Origin: a virus
Taxonomy: Duplodnaviria; Heunggongvirae; Uroviricota; Caudoviricetes
Strand: one strand, 5' to 3'
Length of the DNA stretch: 35,827 bases
IMG/VR virus record: IMGVR_UViG_2534681737_000011
The notes beneath the pieces were generated by a model. It did not search any database and was not told the origin of the DNA. It saw only the letters and a program-made list of their open reading frames with translations. Positions 1 to 8,121 of this stretch are shown here, in pieces. A program made the position numbers and the translations under genes. Numbering within the stretch: the first letter of the stretch is position 1; each line of letters starts with the position of its first letter.

Positions 1-94
1 AACGCGTTATAAATAAATGTATGAAGGGTGTTGAACGGGTCAACGCCTACGGGGGAGAACATCCCCCGCTTAACTTTTAAGAGGATATAAAACT

Positions 95-379
95 ATGGCT
101 ACTTTTATTACCTATGCTGTCATCATTACTATTCTGGCTGCTATCTCTGCTTATAAACTCGGAACCGAACCGAAAGAACGAGGCGAATTATTCTTAGGTG
201 CGTTTGTTGCATTTGCTAGCCTTGCGTTAATTGTCGAAGGAATTTCTTATATTGTTGGCCTAGTTAGTATGACACTTTTTAACTTCCATCCAACTATTGC
301 TATGCATTTGATGCTGACCGTACTTTGGGTATATTGCTTAATCGAATTTTTAACGTTTGTTTTCAAACAGACTAAATAA
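95..379 (+). CDS. small hydrophobic (membrane) protein, function unknown
   Basis: ORF with AGAGGA ribosome-binding site about 8 nt upstream of the ATG; translation is dominated by hydrophobic stretches consistent with 2-3 transmembrane helices. Confidence 0.5.
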   Translation: MATFITYAVIITILAAISAYKLGTEPKERGELFLGAFVAFASLALIVEGISYIVGLVSMTLFNFHPTIAMHLMLTVLWVYCLIEFLTFVFKQTK

Positions 380-534
380 TATTGTAATCTGCCTTTTCTC
401 CTTATGTGGTTTTAACAGGGAATTTTCGAAAGAGAGTTCCCGATTAAAAGCCATAAAACACATTCAGTACAGTGTTTTCATAGTCAGTGACTATACAACA
501 TAAAAACATAACAAGTATAGATTGAGTATTAATC

Positions 535-561
535 CTCCCGCCCTTCGGGGCGGTTATTTTT
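535..561 (+). terminator. rho-independent terminator candidate (UUCG-loop hairpin plus T-run)
   Basis: CCCGCCC-ttcg-GGGCGG hairpin at 537-553 followed by TTATTTTT. Confidence 0.5.
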
Positions 562-638
562 CTGGCTTTAAAGAATAATGTAGCATTATGTTCATTATAA
601 CCTCATCTTTGTTGTGCAAACCTAACCTAAACTTACTA

Positions 639-663
639 GGGACTCTTCGGAGTCCCTTTTTTT
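639..663 (+). terminator. rho-independent terminator (UUCG-loop hairpin plus T7 run)
   Basis: GGGACTC-ttcg-GAGTCCC followed by TTTTTTT; second of two tandem plus-strand terminators downstream of the 95..379 gene. Confidence 0.55.
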
Positions 664-1603
664 ATTGGCAGTAAGAAAAGTTAGTACCATACATTTCATC
701 ATGAAGCATTGCAGCATTGCGTTTCTGTTCTTCTTCCTCGTCTTCTACATCACTAGAGAAATAGGATTTTCCCTTGAAGGAACGAAGCAATTGCAGTGCA
801 GCCATCGGATCACGCATCACATCGATTTTCACTTCTACTTCATCATTTGCGGCCTCATCAGCCGCGTTTTCAACTACTGCCACCGGAGCAACTTCTTTAG
901 CTTTCAGTTCTTCAATCTCAGCTTTCTGTGCTTCGATAATCTGGTCTTTTTCTTTCAGTGCAGCTTTCAGTTCTGCGATCTGTGCTTCCAGTGCAGCAAA
1001 GCGATCTTCAACAACCGGAGAAACAGCATTCACCTGTGCTTCCAGTTCCAGAAATGCTTCGCAAGATTCAATACGTTCTTTCTCTTCACCTTCATAAGCA
1101 ACCAGTTCTACAACTTCTTTTTCGGTAGCGTGGCTGTTAAAGAAAACAGCAAAGTAAGGATTGCCGGATTTAGTGAAGTTCAGTTTAGCTTTTCCGGTAA
1201 CTTCTTTACGACGACCAAAGGTGATCTGGCAATCAGCGGTATCCTGAAAATCCATGTTAGGAGCGGAAACGATAGCAGTATCACCAGCAATAACCAGGTG
1301 GAACAGTTCAGAAGAGTTCTTAACGGTAAAAGTAACGATGTGGTCTACTGCAACGTCTTTAGCAGGTTTAACGCGGTCGATTGCTTTACGAATGCCGTTA
1401 GGCAGTTTACCGTCAACACCAAAGCCAGCCGCGATCAGTGCTTCACGATGTGCTTTAAAGCCAGCGAAAGCGGATTTCTGCTGCGCAAAGGAAACATGAG
1501 CAACAACTTTCGGCTGAATCTTCTTGTTTGCTTCGGTGCCAAATTTGATAACTGCTTTAGCGTTGGTTACTTCGTTAGTGAAAAAGTTAGCGGAAAATAA
1601 CAT
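662..1603 (-). CDS. hypothetical protein with central coiled-coil and acidic C-terminal region
   Basis: 313-aa ORF; on the minus strand a GGAG motif precedes the start (plus-strand CTCC at about 1612); heptad-like E/K/A-rich segment (AALEAQIAELKAALKEKDQIIEAQKAEIEELKAKE). No family recognised. Confidence 0.6.
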   Translation of the reverse strand: MLFSANFFTNEVTNAKAVIKFGTEANKKIQPKVVAHVSFAQQKSAFAGFKAHREALIAAGFGVDGKLPNGIRKAIDRVKPAKDVAVDHIVTFTVKNSSELFHLVIAGDTAIVSAPNMDFQDTADCQITFGRRKEVTGKAKLNFTKSGNPYFAVFFNSHATEKEVVELVAYEGEEKERIESCEAFLELEAQVNAVSPVVEDRFAALEAQIAELKAALKEKDQIIEAQKAEIEELKAKEVAPVAVVENAADEAANDEVEVKIDVMRDPMAALQLLRSFKGKSYFSSDVEDEEEEQKRNAAMLHDEMYGTNFSYCQ

Positions 1604-1649
1604 TATAAATACTCCTGTGGAAAGTTAGTTTTAATTGTTCATCGCAAAA

Positions 1650-1685
1650 GCCTCCTTGTTGCCGCAAGGGGGCTTTTTTATTTTT
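1650..1685. terminator. hairpin with flanking A/T runs, possible bidirectional terminator
   Basis: GCCTCCTTG-ttgccg-CAAGGGGGC stem-loop followed by TTTTTTATTTTT on the plus strand and preceded by AAAA; lies between two minus-strand genes. Confidence 0.45.
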
Positions 1686-1715
1686 AAAGCCATCATATAA
1701 TTCTCAGTCAAAGTA

Positions 1716-1898
1716 TCAGTAAACCTCGGCGGTAATCTTTACTTTAATGTCATACTTCTTTAAGAGTTTGTGGAAGGTTGATTGATCAATACCTTCACCT
1801 TTAAACCATTCACCCATCACTACATCAGGCGTCAGTTCAAAATAACGCTTTGCCATTTCTAAAACGATTTCACGAGTGAACTTAACAGGTCGTGCCAT
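1716..1898 (-). CDS. small putative DNA-binding protein (paralog of 5190..5423)
   Basis: 60-aa ORF with AGGAGG ribosome-binding site (plus-strand CCTCCT at 1906-1911); shares the pattern RP-x-(K/R)FT-xE ... GI ... F-K ... KK-x-DIK with the 5190..5423 product. Confidence 0.55.
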   Translation of the reverse strand: MARPVKFTREIVLEMAKRYFELTPDVVMGEWFKGEGIDQSTFHKLLKKYDIKVKITAEVY

Positions 1899-2338
1899 CT
1901 TGAATCCTCCTAAATCTGGATTAATGATTTCTTAAAAAAGAGCGTTAACCGCTCACTATTATTTATATGGGGATTGTATTTTATTTTTCAACCCCTCACA
2001 TTTATCTCTTATATATGTATTTATCACAGAGATATGTTAAAATGTTATTCAGATGTTATCAGACGTGTTAAATGTGTTAAACCACAGCACGAATTGCTAA
2101 AGCGAAGAACACGAATTAACCAAATTGATGTTTATGCAATCAATTTAGAAAATTGCATAGCACTTTTTGCTAAAGCGGTGAGTATTAATTGAGCTATGAA
2201 TTGTAAAGATTTGTTACAGGATTTCTCTCAGATCCAAGTCTTAACAGACATATAACAATTTAACAGAAAGATAACAAACGGAAGGAAAATCGGTAAATTT
2301 TCACTTTCAATACAAATATTATACCACATTTTTCTCCA

Positions 2339-2410
2339 ATTGTCAAGTGTAGCACCGATCCTACACAGTGTCAACAAAGGATTTTCAAACCTACACTAGC
2401 CCTACACTAT
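2339..2410. repeat. TGTCAA-flanked hairpin (GTGTAG/CTACAC) plus three CCTACAC repeats
   Basis: TGTCAA GTGTAG caccgatc CTACAC agTGTCAA arrangement, then CCTACAC at about 2360, 2390 and 2401; read directly from sequence. Confidence 0.6.
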
Positions 2411-2413
2411 GAA

Positions 2414-2654
2414 AATTGCCCATGAATTTTGCCCCTGAACCAAAATCCCCTAGATTTCACTATCCCATTTTTGCCCCTGAAACCTACTATTTTTGCCCCT
2501 GAAATTCTGGGAAACAGTGATTTTGCCCCTCATTTTTGCCCCTGAAATGCCAATAATTGCCCCTGAAAATCTAATTTTTGCCCCTGAAATTTGCCCCCGA
2601 AAAGGATTGGTGAGAAAAACTCTTTATAAAACATTAACTTAGTGAGGGGCAAAA
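2414..2654. repeat. iteron array: 13-bp direct repeat TTTTGCCCCTGAA (5 exact, 4 degenerate, 1 inverted copy)
   Basis: Exact copies at 2427-2439, 2468-2480, 2491-2503, 2534-2546, 2576-2588; degenerate copies at 2415-2426, 2521-2532, 2555-2567, 2590-2601; inverted copy TGAGGGGCAAAA at 2643-2654. Spacing is irregular (about 10-40 bp), so not CRISPR-like. Confidence 0.85.
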
Positions 2655-2742
2655 CGGGGAATCGGGCGTGCATAGATATTATATAACACATTCGCTACGC
2701 TCATGTGTAAAACCAAAAACAACAAATAACCAAAAAGATATT

Positions 2743-2762
2743 AGGAGGGCGTAGCCCGACTG
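2743..2762. repeat. 20-bp element AGGAGGGCGTAGCCCGACTG (copy 1 of 2)
   Basis: Near-identical to 3176-3195 (2 mismatches, both in the loop of a GGGC/GCCC mini-hairpin). Confidence 0.7.
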
Positions 2763-2780
2763 CGCGAAGCGCTAACCAAT

Positions 2781-3030
2781 TACTTCTAGTAACACTAATT
2801 TAAACTAGATGATACTAGATGGTCTTAGAAGGAATTAACTAGTTTGCTCGCTCGCTTCGCTCACTCTCAAACGTCTGCGACGCCACTGCGTGGCATCGAG
2901 AATCACTTTTGAAAGGATTTTCTTAGAAAGGGATTTTAAACTAGTTACTAACTGATTCTAGAAAGATAGTAATAATCACTTTGAAGATAATAGTAGTTAA
3001 CTGGTTACTAGATGATTCTAGATCACTTTA
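2781..3030. repeat. CTAG-rich block of short direct repeats
   Basis: Eight CTAG tetramers within about 250 bp; about 25-bp imperfect direct repeat TTAAaCTaGTTACTAacTGATTCTAGA (2937-2965 vs 2997-3026); ATCACTTT(T)GAA at 2901, 2974, 3021; TCTTAGAA(A)GG at 2823 and 2921; GC-rich island at about 2845-2900. Confidence 0.7.
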
Positions 3031-3052
3031 ATGATCATGAAAGGTATTGGTT

Positions 3053-3081
3053 ATCCCTTCGGGATTGCAACCTTCGGTTGC
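3053..3081 (+). other. two tandem UUCG-tetraloop hairpins
   Basis: ATCCC-ttcg-GGAT immediately followed by GCAACC-ttcg-GGTTGC; no adjacent T-run, so not a classical terminator. Confidence 0.55.
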
Positions 3082-3175
3082 TAAATTTCTTCCTGATTAT
3101 TATTTCTTCAAAAGAAAGATTCTTATATTCTAAAGATACTTCTTCGTTTTGATGATGTTTTAATCAAATCTATGA

Positions 3176-3195
3176 AGGAGGGCTTTGCCCGACTG
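3176..3195. repeat. 20-bp element AGGAGGGCTTTGCCCGACTG (copy 2 of 2)
   Basis: Matches 2743-2762; the two copies bracket the CTAG-rich block. Confidence 0.7.
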
Positions 3196-3286
3196 AATAC
3201 CAATCCCTTCCAAAATCATCAAGAATTTTCTCTTATAAATAATATCAGAATTACTTTGATTCACTTTCTTTTAGAGGATTTCCATT

Positions 3287-3754
3287 ATGAACCATAAACT
3301 GACTACCACTACTCCTTTTATCCTTCTGGGTCTGGATGCAGATAGCTTTCACAATGACAAGTTAATGAAGATGTTCCGTGAACGTGGTTATAACATCCTT
3401 TACAATACCGATGAATCCCATTTCTCTAGTGCATGGTATGTTTTCGGAAGAAATAAACGTCCTACCATCGTTGTTAACTGCTTCACCGATGAAGACCGCC
3501 TGAAATACCAGAACATTCCAGCAATCATTGTTCGTGATGACCTGCCTTTCGAAGTCCGTGATTATGACATTGATTTAGGTAGCTTCGTTACTGTCTATGA
3601 ACTGGATGAAGCCATGTTTAACTACGGCAAAGAACCCGCTCAGGAAGCCCCAGAACACGATGAAGAAGATGAGGAAGACGAAGAATACGCGCCAATCTGT
3701 TTCTCTTCTCACGGTGGCTTCTACGGTTACGATGAAGGCTTAGATATGCTGTAA
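3287..3754 (+). CDS. strongly acidic hypothetical protein
   Basis: 155-aa ORF with GAGGA ribosome-binding site; Asp/Glu-rich throughout with a poly-acidic tract (EHDEEDEEDEE) near the C-terminus. Confidence 0.6.
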   Translation: MNHKLTTTTPFILLGLDADSFHNDKLMKMFRERGYNILYNTDESHFSSAWYVFGRNKRPTIVVNCFTDEDRLKYQNIPAIIVRDDLPFEVRDYDIDLGSFVTVYELDEAMFNYGKEPAQEAPEHDEEDEEDEEYAPICFSSHGGFYGYDEGLDML

Positions 3755-3789
3755 GTTAGGTCAACCCTTTGGCGTCTTGTCAAGGGGTA

Positions 3790-3818
3790 TTGACAAAATT
3801 TTCTGACTTTTTTATGAT
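3790..3818 (+). promoter_or_regulatory. sigma70-type promoter (-35 TTGACA, 17-bp spacer, -10 TATGAT) with operator-like TTGTCAA/TTGACAA palindrome
   Basis: TTGACA at 3790-3795, 17-nt spacer, TATGAT at 3813-3818; inverted repeat TTGTCAAggggtaTTGACAA overlaps the -35 and a third TTGACAA lies at 3827-3833; sits upstream of the 3875 gene. Confidence 0.6.
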
Positions 3819-3874
3819 TATCGCACTTGACAATTTTGAACCTATTTGACCTAGATTTGTAAAGAGGATGTAAC

Positions 3875-4207
3875 ATGAAAGAATTTACCATCACTAAATC
3901 CCTGTATGACTGGACTGTTAAAATCTCCGGCAAAACCGTTTCTGTAAGCCCTAGCCATGTAGAAAATGATTGGGGCGTATCCCGTGAAACAATCTCCCGT
4001 AGTATGCATGTTCCGTTTGATCTGATGTCCTTAACTGGTATTCATGCAATGCTGGAAGTTCGCGAACAATTCGAAGCTGGTAATCACAATGCGACTCCAG
4101 TTAGCAATCACCTTCTTACTAATGAAGAACGTGAAATCATCGAAAACTGGCGTTATGAATATGCGATTCCTTATTATGAAGAAGATCAGGTAGAAATCGA
4201 TTGGTAA
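3875..4207 (+). CDS. hypothetical protein
   Basis: 110-aa ORF with AGAGGA ribosome-binding site 6-7 nt upstream; double TAA stop. Confidence 0.6.
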   Translation: MKEFTITKSLYDWTVKISGKTVSVSPSHVENDWGVSRETISRSMHVPFDLMSLTGIHAMLEVREQFEAGNHNATPVSNHLLTNEEREIIENWRYEYAIPYYEEDQVEIDW

Positions 4208-4296
4208 TAAATTTCTATTATAAATAAAATTGTTCCGGTGGTGATGCCGGAACTAGGAGGACCAAATCATTAAACCGTTTAAGGGGAATTAATACT

Positions 4297-5109
4297 ATGA
4301 ATACTGTTACCGTTATGAATACTGCTAAAACTGCTTCCATGTCTCTGGTTGTTGATAACACCAAACCGCTGACCATGTCTTCCCGTCAGATCGCTGAATT
4401 TACCGGAAAAGAACATAAGCATGTTAAACGTGATATTAAAACTATGCTTACTTCTCTTGAATTAGATGAGTCCAAATTTGGACGCATCTTTTTTGACCAA
4501 TATGGACGTGAACAAACCGAATATCACCTTGACGAAGAACTTACGCTGACTCTTGTTACTGGTTACGATGTTAAGCGTCGAATGATTGTTATTCAGGAAT
4601 GGAAACGACTGAAAGAAGAAAATGAAAAACTGCGTCAGGAACGTTTAGCTGCTAACCCGTATGCAGACTTTGAAGAAACCGATTGGATCGAACTGGCATT
4701 AAAGAAAACTCGCGAAAATAAAAAGCTGATTGAACTTCATTATCGCAAATCCGTAGATAGCCATTCAATGACCCGTCTGTTAGGCGCTAAAAAGGGCGCT
4801 ACGAAGGTTAAAGAAGCACTGACGGCCTTGCGTACTGCTGGCTACATTGAGCGCGTCTACGATGAAAATAACAAGCCGTGTGGGTATGTTGCTAATGACT
4901 CTTCTCTGTCTTTCTGCCGCATGAATGCTCACTACCAACTTGAGTTTACTGTTGATGTGCTTCCGGTGCTGGTTGAATTGGGTGTTCTGGAAGAAGAACA
5001 AAAAGCAACTCTGAATCTTCCTAAGCCGAACAACACTATTCTGATTCAAAATAAAGCGGCTGAACGTCTCCGCCAGAATGTTGGATCACTGGAAGTCTTC
5101 GGACTGTAA
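4297..5109 (+). CDS. Rha-family phage regulatory protein (N-terminal Rha-like DNA-binding domain)
   Basis: N-terminal segment SSRQIAEFTGKEHKHVKRDI ... YGREQTEYHLDEELTLTLVTGY matches the Rha domain pattern as recalled from memory; ribosome-binding site AAGGGGAAT upstream. Confidence 0.65.
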   Translation: MNTVTVMNTAKTASMSLVVDNTKPLTMSSRQIAEFTGKEHKHVKRDIKTMLTSLELDESKFGRIFFDQYGREQTEYHLDEELTLTLVTGYDVKRRMIVIQEWKRLKEENEKLRQERLAANPYADFEETDWIELALKKTRENKKLIELHYRKSVDSHSMTRLLGAKKGATKVKEALTALRTAGYIERVYDENNKPCGYVANDSSLSFCRMNAHYQLEFTVDVLPVLVELGVLEEEQKATLNLPKPNNTILIQNKAAERLRQNVGSLEVFGL

Positions 5110-5117
5110 TAATTTTT

Positions 5118-5143
5118 AGCCTCGCCTAGTGCGGGGCTTTTTC
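5118..5143 (+). terminator. rho-independent terminator after the Rha-like gene
   Basis: AGCCtCGC-ctagt-GCGGgGCT hairpin followed by TTTTT. Confidence 0.6.
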
Positions 5144-5157
5144 ATGCCTACAGATAC

Positions 5158-5181
5158 AAAAAAGCCACTCCGAAGAGTGGC
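5158..5181 (-). terminator. rho-independent terminator for the minus-strand 5190..5423 gene
   Basis: GCCACTC-cgaa-GAGTGGC hairpin preceded on the plus strand by AAAAAA, which is a U-run on the minus strand. Confidence 0.55.
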
Positions 5182-5189
5182 AAAGAGAA

Positions 5190-5423
5190 TCAAAAACCTG
5201 TTGCTTCTACGATCTGACCATCACCGATCTGAACATAGAATTTAATGTCTAACTTCTTCATATTCTTATAGAATTGGGCGATTGAGATCCCATGTTCACT
5301 AAGAATCTGTTCTTTCGATTCCTTACCGCGATCCGCTGTATAGTAAGCGTAGGCAATATCAGCCATCTGTTCTTGAGTGAATCGGCAAGGGCGACCGCGA
5401 GTAGCTTTAGTAGTCATAGTCAT
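5190..5423 (-). CDS. small putative DNA-binding protein (GRP motif plus helix-turn-helix-like segment)
   Basis: N-terminal TRGRPCRFTQEQ followed by an HTH-like ILSEHGISIAQFYKNMKK; paralogous to 1716..1898. Start may be the second ATG at 5417, which has better GGAGA spacing. Confidence 0.55.
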   Translation of the reverse strand: MTMTTKATRGRPCRFTQEQMADIAYAYYTADRGKESKEQILSEHGISIAQFYKNMKKLDIKFYVQIGDGQIVEATGF

Positions 5424-5451
5424 TTCTCCAAATTAAAGTGAATGTTCACCT

Positions 5452-6054
5452 TTATTTAGAGGACTTACATTTTATAGGAAAAAGTTCTCCATCGTCAACC
5501 GACATAAAGAACTCTGCTTTGATCCCGTACTGCCTCAAGCGTGAATAGTATGTACCTCGACTTATATCAACCTTGCGAAGCACTTCAAAGAACCCTTTAG
5601 GATCGTTGTAATAGTGGCTATATCGCACGTTAGCGAGTTCAACGAATAGTTCCCTTGTATCACCATATCCTTTCTTAAAAGCCTCGTTACGATAGCGTGT
5701 AACAGCGTGATTTAGCCTTTCATGCTTAAACACTTCCCTTAGTGGCTTCCATTGCAACCGATAGATCGGACCATCGTCGATTCTGTAAAACCGCTTAATG
5801 TCAAAATCAAACCAATCTCGGACTCTCCGAAACTCTGTATGTGATGTTCTATGCTTCTTAAAGAAGTTGTGAACGTCTGTATAACCATTATCACGGTAAA
5901 ATTCTATTAAAATCTCTTTCGCTTCCTCACGGCTAAAACCAGAAGTGGTTATATCTGTTTTTAAATGCTTATGCTTAACTGGTAAACGATATTCATGATC
6001 GGTACAAGACAAGGCTAATTCTAATTCATCTCTTTGTTGCTGATTAATTAGCAT
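5452..6054 (-). CDS. hypothetical protein with C-terminal HTH-like motif (ISRGTYYSRLRQYG)
   Basis: 200-aa ORF with AGGAGG ribosome-binding site (plus-strand CCTCCT at 6059-6064); the C-terminal motif resembles resolvase or homing-endonuclease type HTH; no catalytic motif recognised. Confidence 0.5.
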   Translation of the reverse strand: MLINQQQRDELELALSCTDHEYRLPVKHKHLKTDITTSGFSREEAKEILIEFYRDNGYTDVHNFFKKHRTSHTEFRRVRDWFDFDIKRFYRIDDGPIYRLQWKPLREVFKHERLNHAVTRYRNEAFKKGYGDTRELFVELANVRYSHYYNDPKGFFEVLRKVDISRGTYYSRLRQYGIKAEFFMSVDDGELFPIKCKSSK

Positions 6055-6141
6055 ACAACCTCCTTAAATCTTAATACCCGTATTTATTAAAAAATCAACA
6101 ATTTACTAAATACTCTCATATTTCGTAATGAGGGTAATTAC

Positions 6142-8049
6142 ATGAAACTGATTTCTAATAAGGCAAAATTAAAAAAGATTCTCAGAAATGCAGCCAAATA
6201 TATTACGCCACCTCCTAAACTCCTTCCGTCTGAATGGTGCGAAGCGAATATGGTGCTGGTAGATGGTCCTCAAGCGGGGGATAAAGTTAAATTGTTGTCA
6301 TTCCAAAAAGGCATGATTGATGCACCTTTCCTTGAGAACAAGAAAAAGTATGTCCTGATGACCAGTGCGCAGATCGGAAAAACTACCATCTTGAACGGCA
6401 TCCTGTTTAACCAGATGGCTAACGATCCATGCAATATGATTATCGGACAATCAACCGCTAAAGAAATGTCTCAATATCTCGCGGGTAAGATCCGACCGTC
6501 TATCGAAGCATGTGATGCATTAAAAGACGTGGTTACAGACAAGAATGATCGTAATGCGGTTAACAACAATAACCAACTCCAGCTAAAAACGAATCACTTC
6601 CTGTACATGGTATCGCTTACCAGTCCATCAACCCTACGTGGTAAGACCGCAAAGGTTGGATTGCTTGACGAAATCGATGCTGCTACAGCCTCAGAAGAAG
6701 GTGATCCGGTGGCACTGGCTGCTAACCGTTTAACTACTTTTGGAGATGAGGGTCGATTAGTCGTATCCAGTACCCCGACCAGTAAGCTGGGAAGCATTAA
6801 CCAGCAATGGTTATCAAGCGATATGCGTATGTTTTTTGTTCCGTGTCCTCATTGCGGTAGACACCAGGTGATCGAGTGGGAAAACGTTCAATTTGAATGG
6901 CGTAACATCGATGGTAAGAACTTACCCGATCCTGATACCGCTCGTTATATTTGCCCTCACTGTAAGCAATCATGGACAGAAGGGGAACGAATCAGGGCAG
7001 TAGCGCAAGGCGAGTGGAGAGCAACCCGTGAAAGTGAAGTAGCAGGATTCTGGATCAGTCGTCTATATTCACCTTTCAGCACGATCCGCGCTTGTGTGGT
7101 TGATTTTAGTCATGCGTGGCAATCCTTTGATTTACAATCATTTTATAACACCGTATTAGGTAAGGTGTACGACGATCAGGACACGGCAGTAGAAGCAAAT
7201 GAACTGGAACAACTCAAAACAGATGTTTCTATCGAGAATATCCCAGATGACGTGATTTTCTTGTGCTCAGGAATTGACCAACAATTAGACCGCGCAGAAT
7301 CTACCATCTTAGGCGTAGCGAAAGATAAGGTTTACATTCTGGATCACCGCAGCTTTTACGATCATAACTGTGAACGATATGAATCACCTGTTTGGGATCG
7401 TCTGGTTAACTTCAAGAAAACCAAATTCTATAACGTTAATGGTGAACGTGTGCCAATGCTCGCCAGTTTCCTTGATACATCGAACGGTCGATTCACTCAA
7501 GCCGGATACCGTATTTGCGGCAAGTGGAAGAACCTACACGCGATCAAAGGTAGTTCGTCTGGTAATGCTCCAGTGATTCCGGTTAAACCTACCCGCACAG
7601 GTGGTCATGAATTGCTTATGCTGGGTGTTAACGTTGGGAAATCCGCTGTTCGTGAAATGTTGGTTAGAAACCTGAAAGACAATCCTCACATCGGCTTAGA
7701 AATATCAGAAACCGTTCCTGATGATTATCTCGATCAGCTTTTGAGTGAATCCATCAAGCGTACTACTACTGGCGTGCGTTGGGTGAAAAATCCAGGTAGT
7801 ACCCGAAACGAGGCTCTCGACTGTCTGGTTTATAGCTATGCTGCTTCTCGCTACGTTCTTTCAAAAATGTCATGGGATAAACTCATTGCAATGAAAGACA
7901 GCTTAAACCGTGTTGTCGAAGAATCCGTAGAAGCTCCTAAAACGCAATCTGACGAGCAAATCGAAGAAACTAAGCCAATCACACGACCACAACGTCAAAA
8001 CATCGCCAGACGCCCAAATAGAGGCCGTAGCTGGGTAACATCGTTCTAA
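6142..8049 (+). CDS. terminase large subunit, lambda GpA-like
   Basis: Walker A (SAQIGKTT) and Walker B (VGLLDEID) motifs; C-terminal region with CPHCG ... CPHC metal-binding motifs typical of GpA-type terminases; lies directly upstream of the portal gene. Confidence 0.85.
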   Translation: MKLISNKAKLKKILRNAAKYITPPPKLLPSEWCEANMVLVDGPQAGDKVKLLSFQKGMIDAPFLENKKKYVLMTSAQIGKTTILNGILFNQMANDPCNMIIGQSTAKEMSQYLAGKIRPSIEACDALKDVVTDKNDRNAVNNNNQLQLKTNHFLYMVSLTSPSTLRGKTAKVGLLDEIDAATASEEGDPVALAANRLTTFGDEGRLVVSSTPTSKLGSINQQWLSSDMRMFFVPCPHCGRHQVIEWENVQFEWRNIDGKNLPDPDTARYICPHCKQSWTEGERIRAVAQGEWRATRESEVAGFWISRLYSPFSTIRACVVDFSHAWQSFDLQSFYNTVLGKVYDDQDTAVEANELEQLKTDVSIENIPDDVIFLCSGIDQQLDRAESTILGVAKDKVYILDHRSFYDHNCERYESPVWDRLVNFKKTKFYNVNGERVPMLASFLDTSNGRFTQAGYRICGKWKNLHAIKGSSSGNAPVIPVKPTRTGGHELLMLGVNVGKSAVREMLVRNLKDNPHIGLEISETVPDDYLDQLLSESIKRTTTGVRWVKNPGSTRNEALDCLVYSYAASRYVLSKMSWDKLIAMKDSLNRVVEESVEAPKTQSDEQIEETKPITRPQRQNIARRPNRGRSWVTSF

Positions 8050-8055
8050 TAACTC

Positions 8056-8074
8056 GCCGTCCTTCGGGGCGGCT
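8056..8074 (+). other. UUCG-loop hairpin after the terminase gene
   Basis: GCCGTCC-ttcg-GGGCGGC; only a weak U-tract follows, so termination is uncertain. Confidence 0.4.
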
Positions 8075-8121
8075 TACTCCTAAATATTGTTAATCCAATA
8101 ACAATTAAATAAGGGGTAATT

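Noticed and set aside
665-1600. Plus-strand ORFs (665..1600, 774..1097, 1254..1499) overlapping the minus-strand 662..1603 gene
   Set aside because: Antisense shadows of the minus-strand gene: low-complexity Ser/Phe/Cys-rich translations, no ribosome-binding site, whereas the minus-strand ORF has a proper GGAG motif and sensible composition.
1974-2192. 72-aa plus-strand ORF in the AT-rich non-coding region
   Set aside because: No ribosome-binding site, a Cys/Tyr/Ile-rich translation typical of random AT-rich DNA, and it lies in a region better explained as regulatory or repeat DNA.
2414-2654. Possible CRISPR array suggested by the regularly recurring 13-bp repeat
   Set aside because: Repeats are far too short (13 bp versus about 24-48 bp), spacers are irregular (about 10-40 bp), one copy is inverted and no cas genes are present; iterons are the better explanation.
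2740-2900. GC-rich structured stretch as a possible tRNA or small RNA gene
   Set aside because: No cloverleaf could be drawn by eye: no T-arm GTTCGAATC-like motif and no acceptor stem pairing; it remains a structured non-coding element only.
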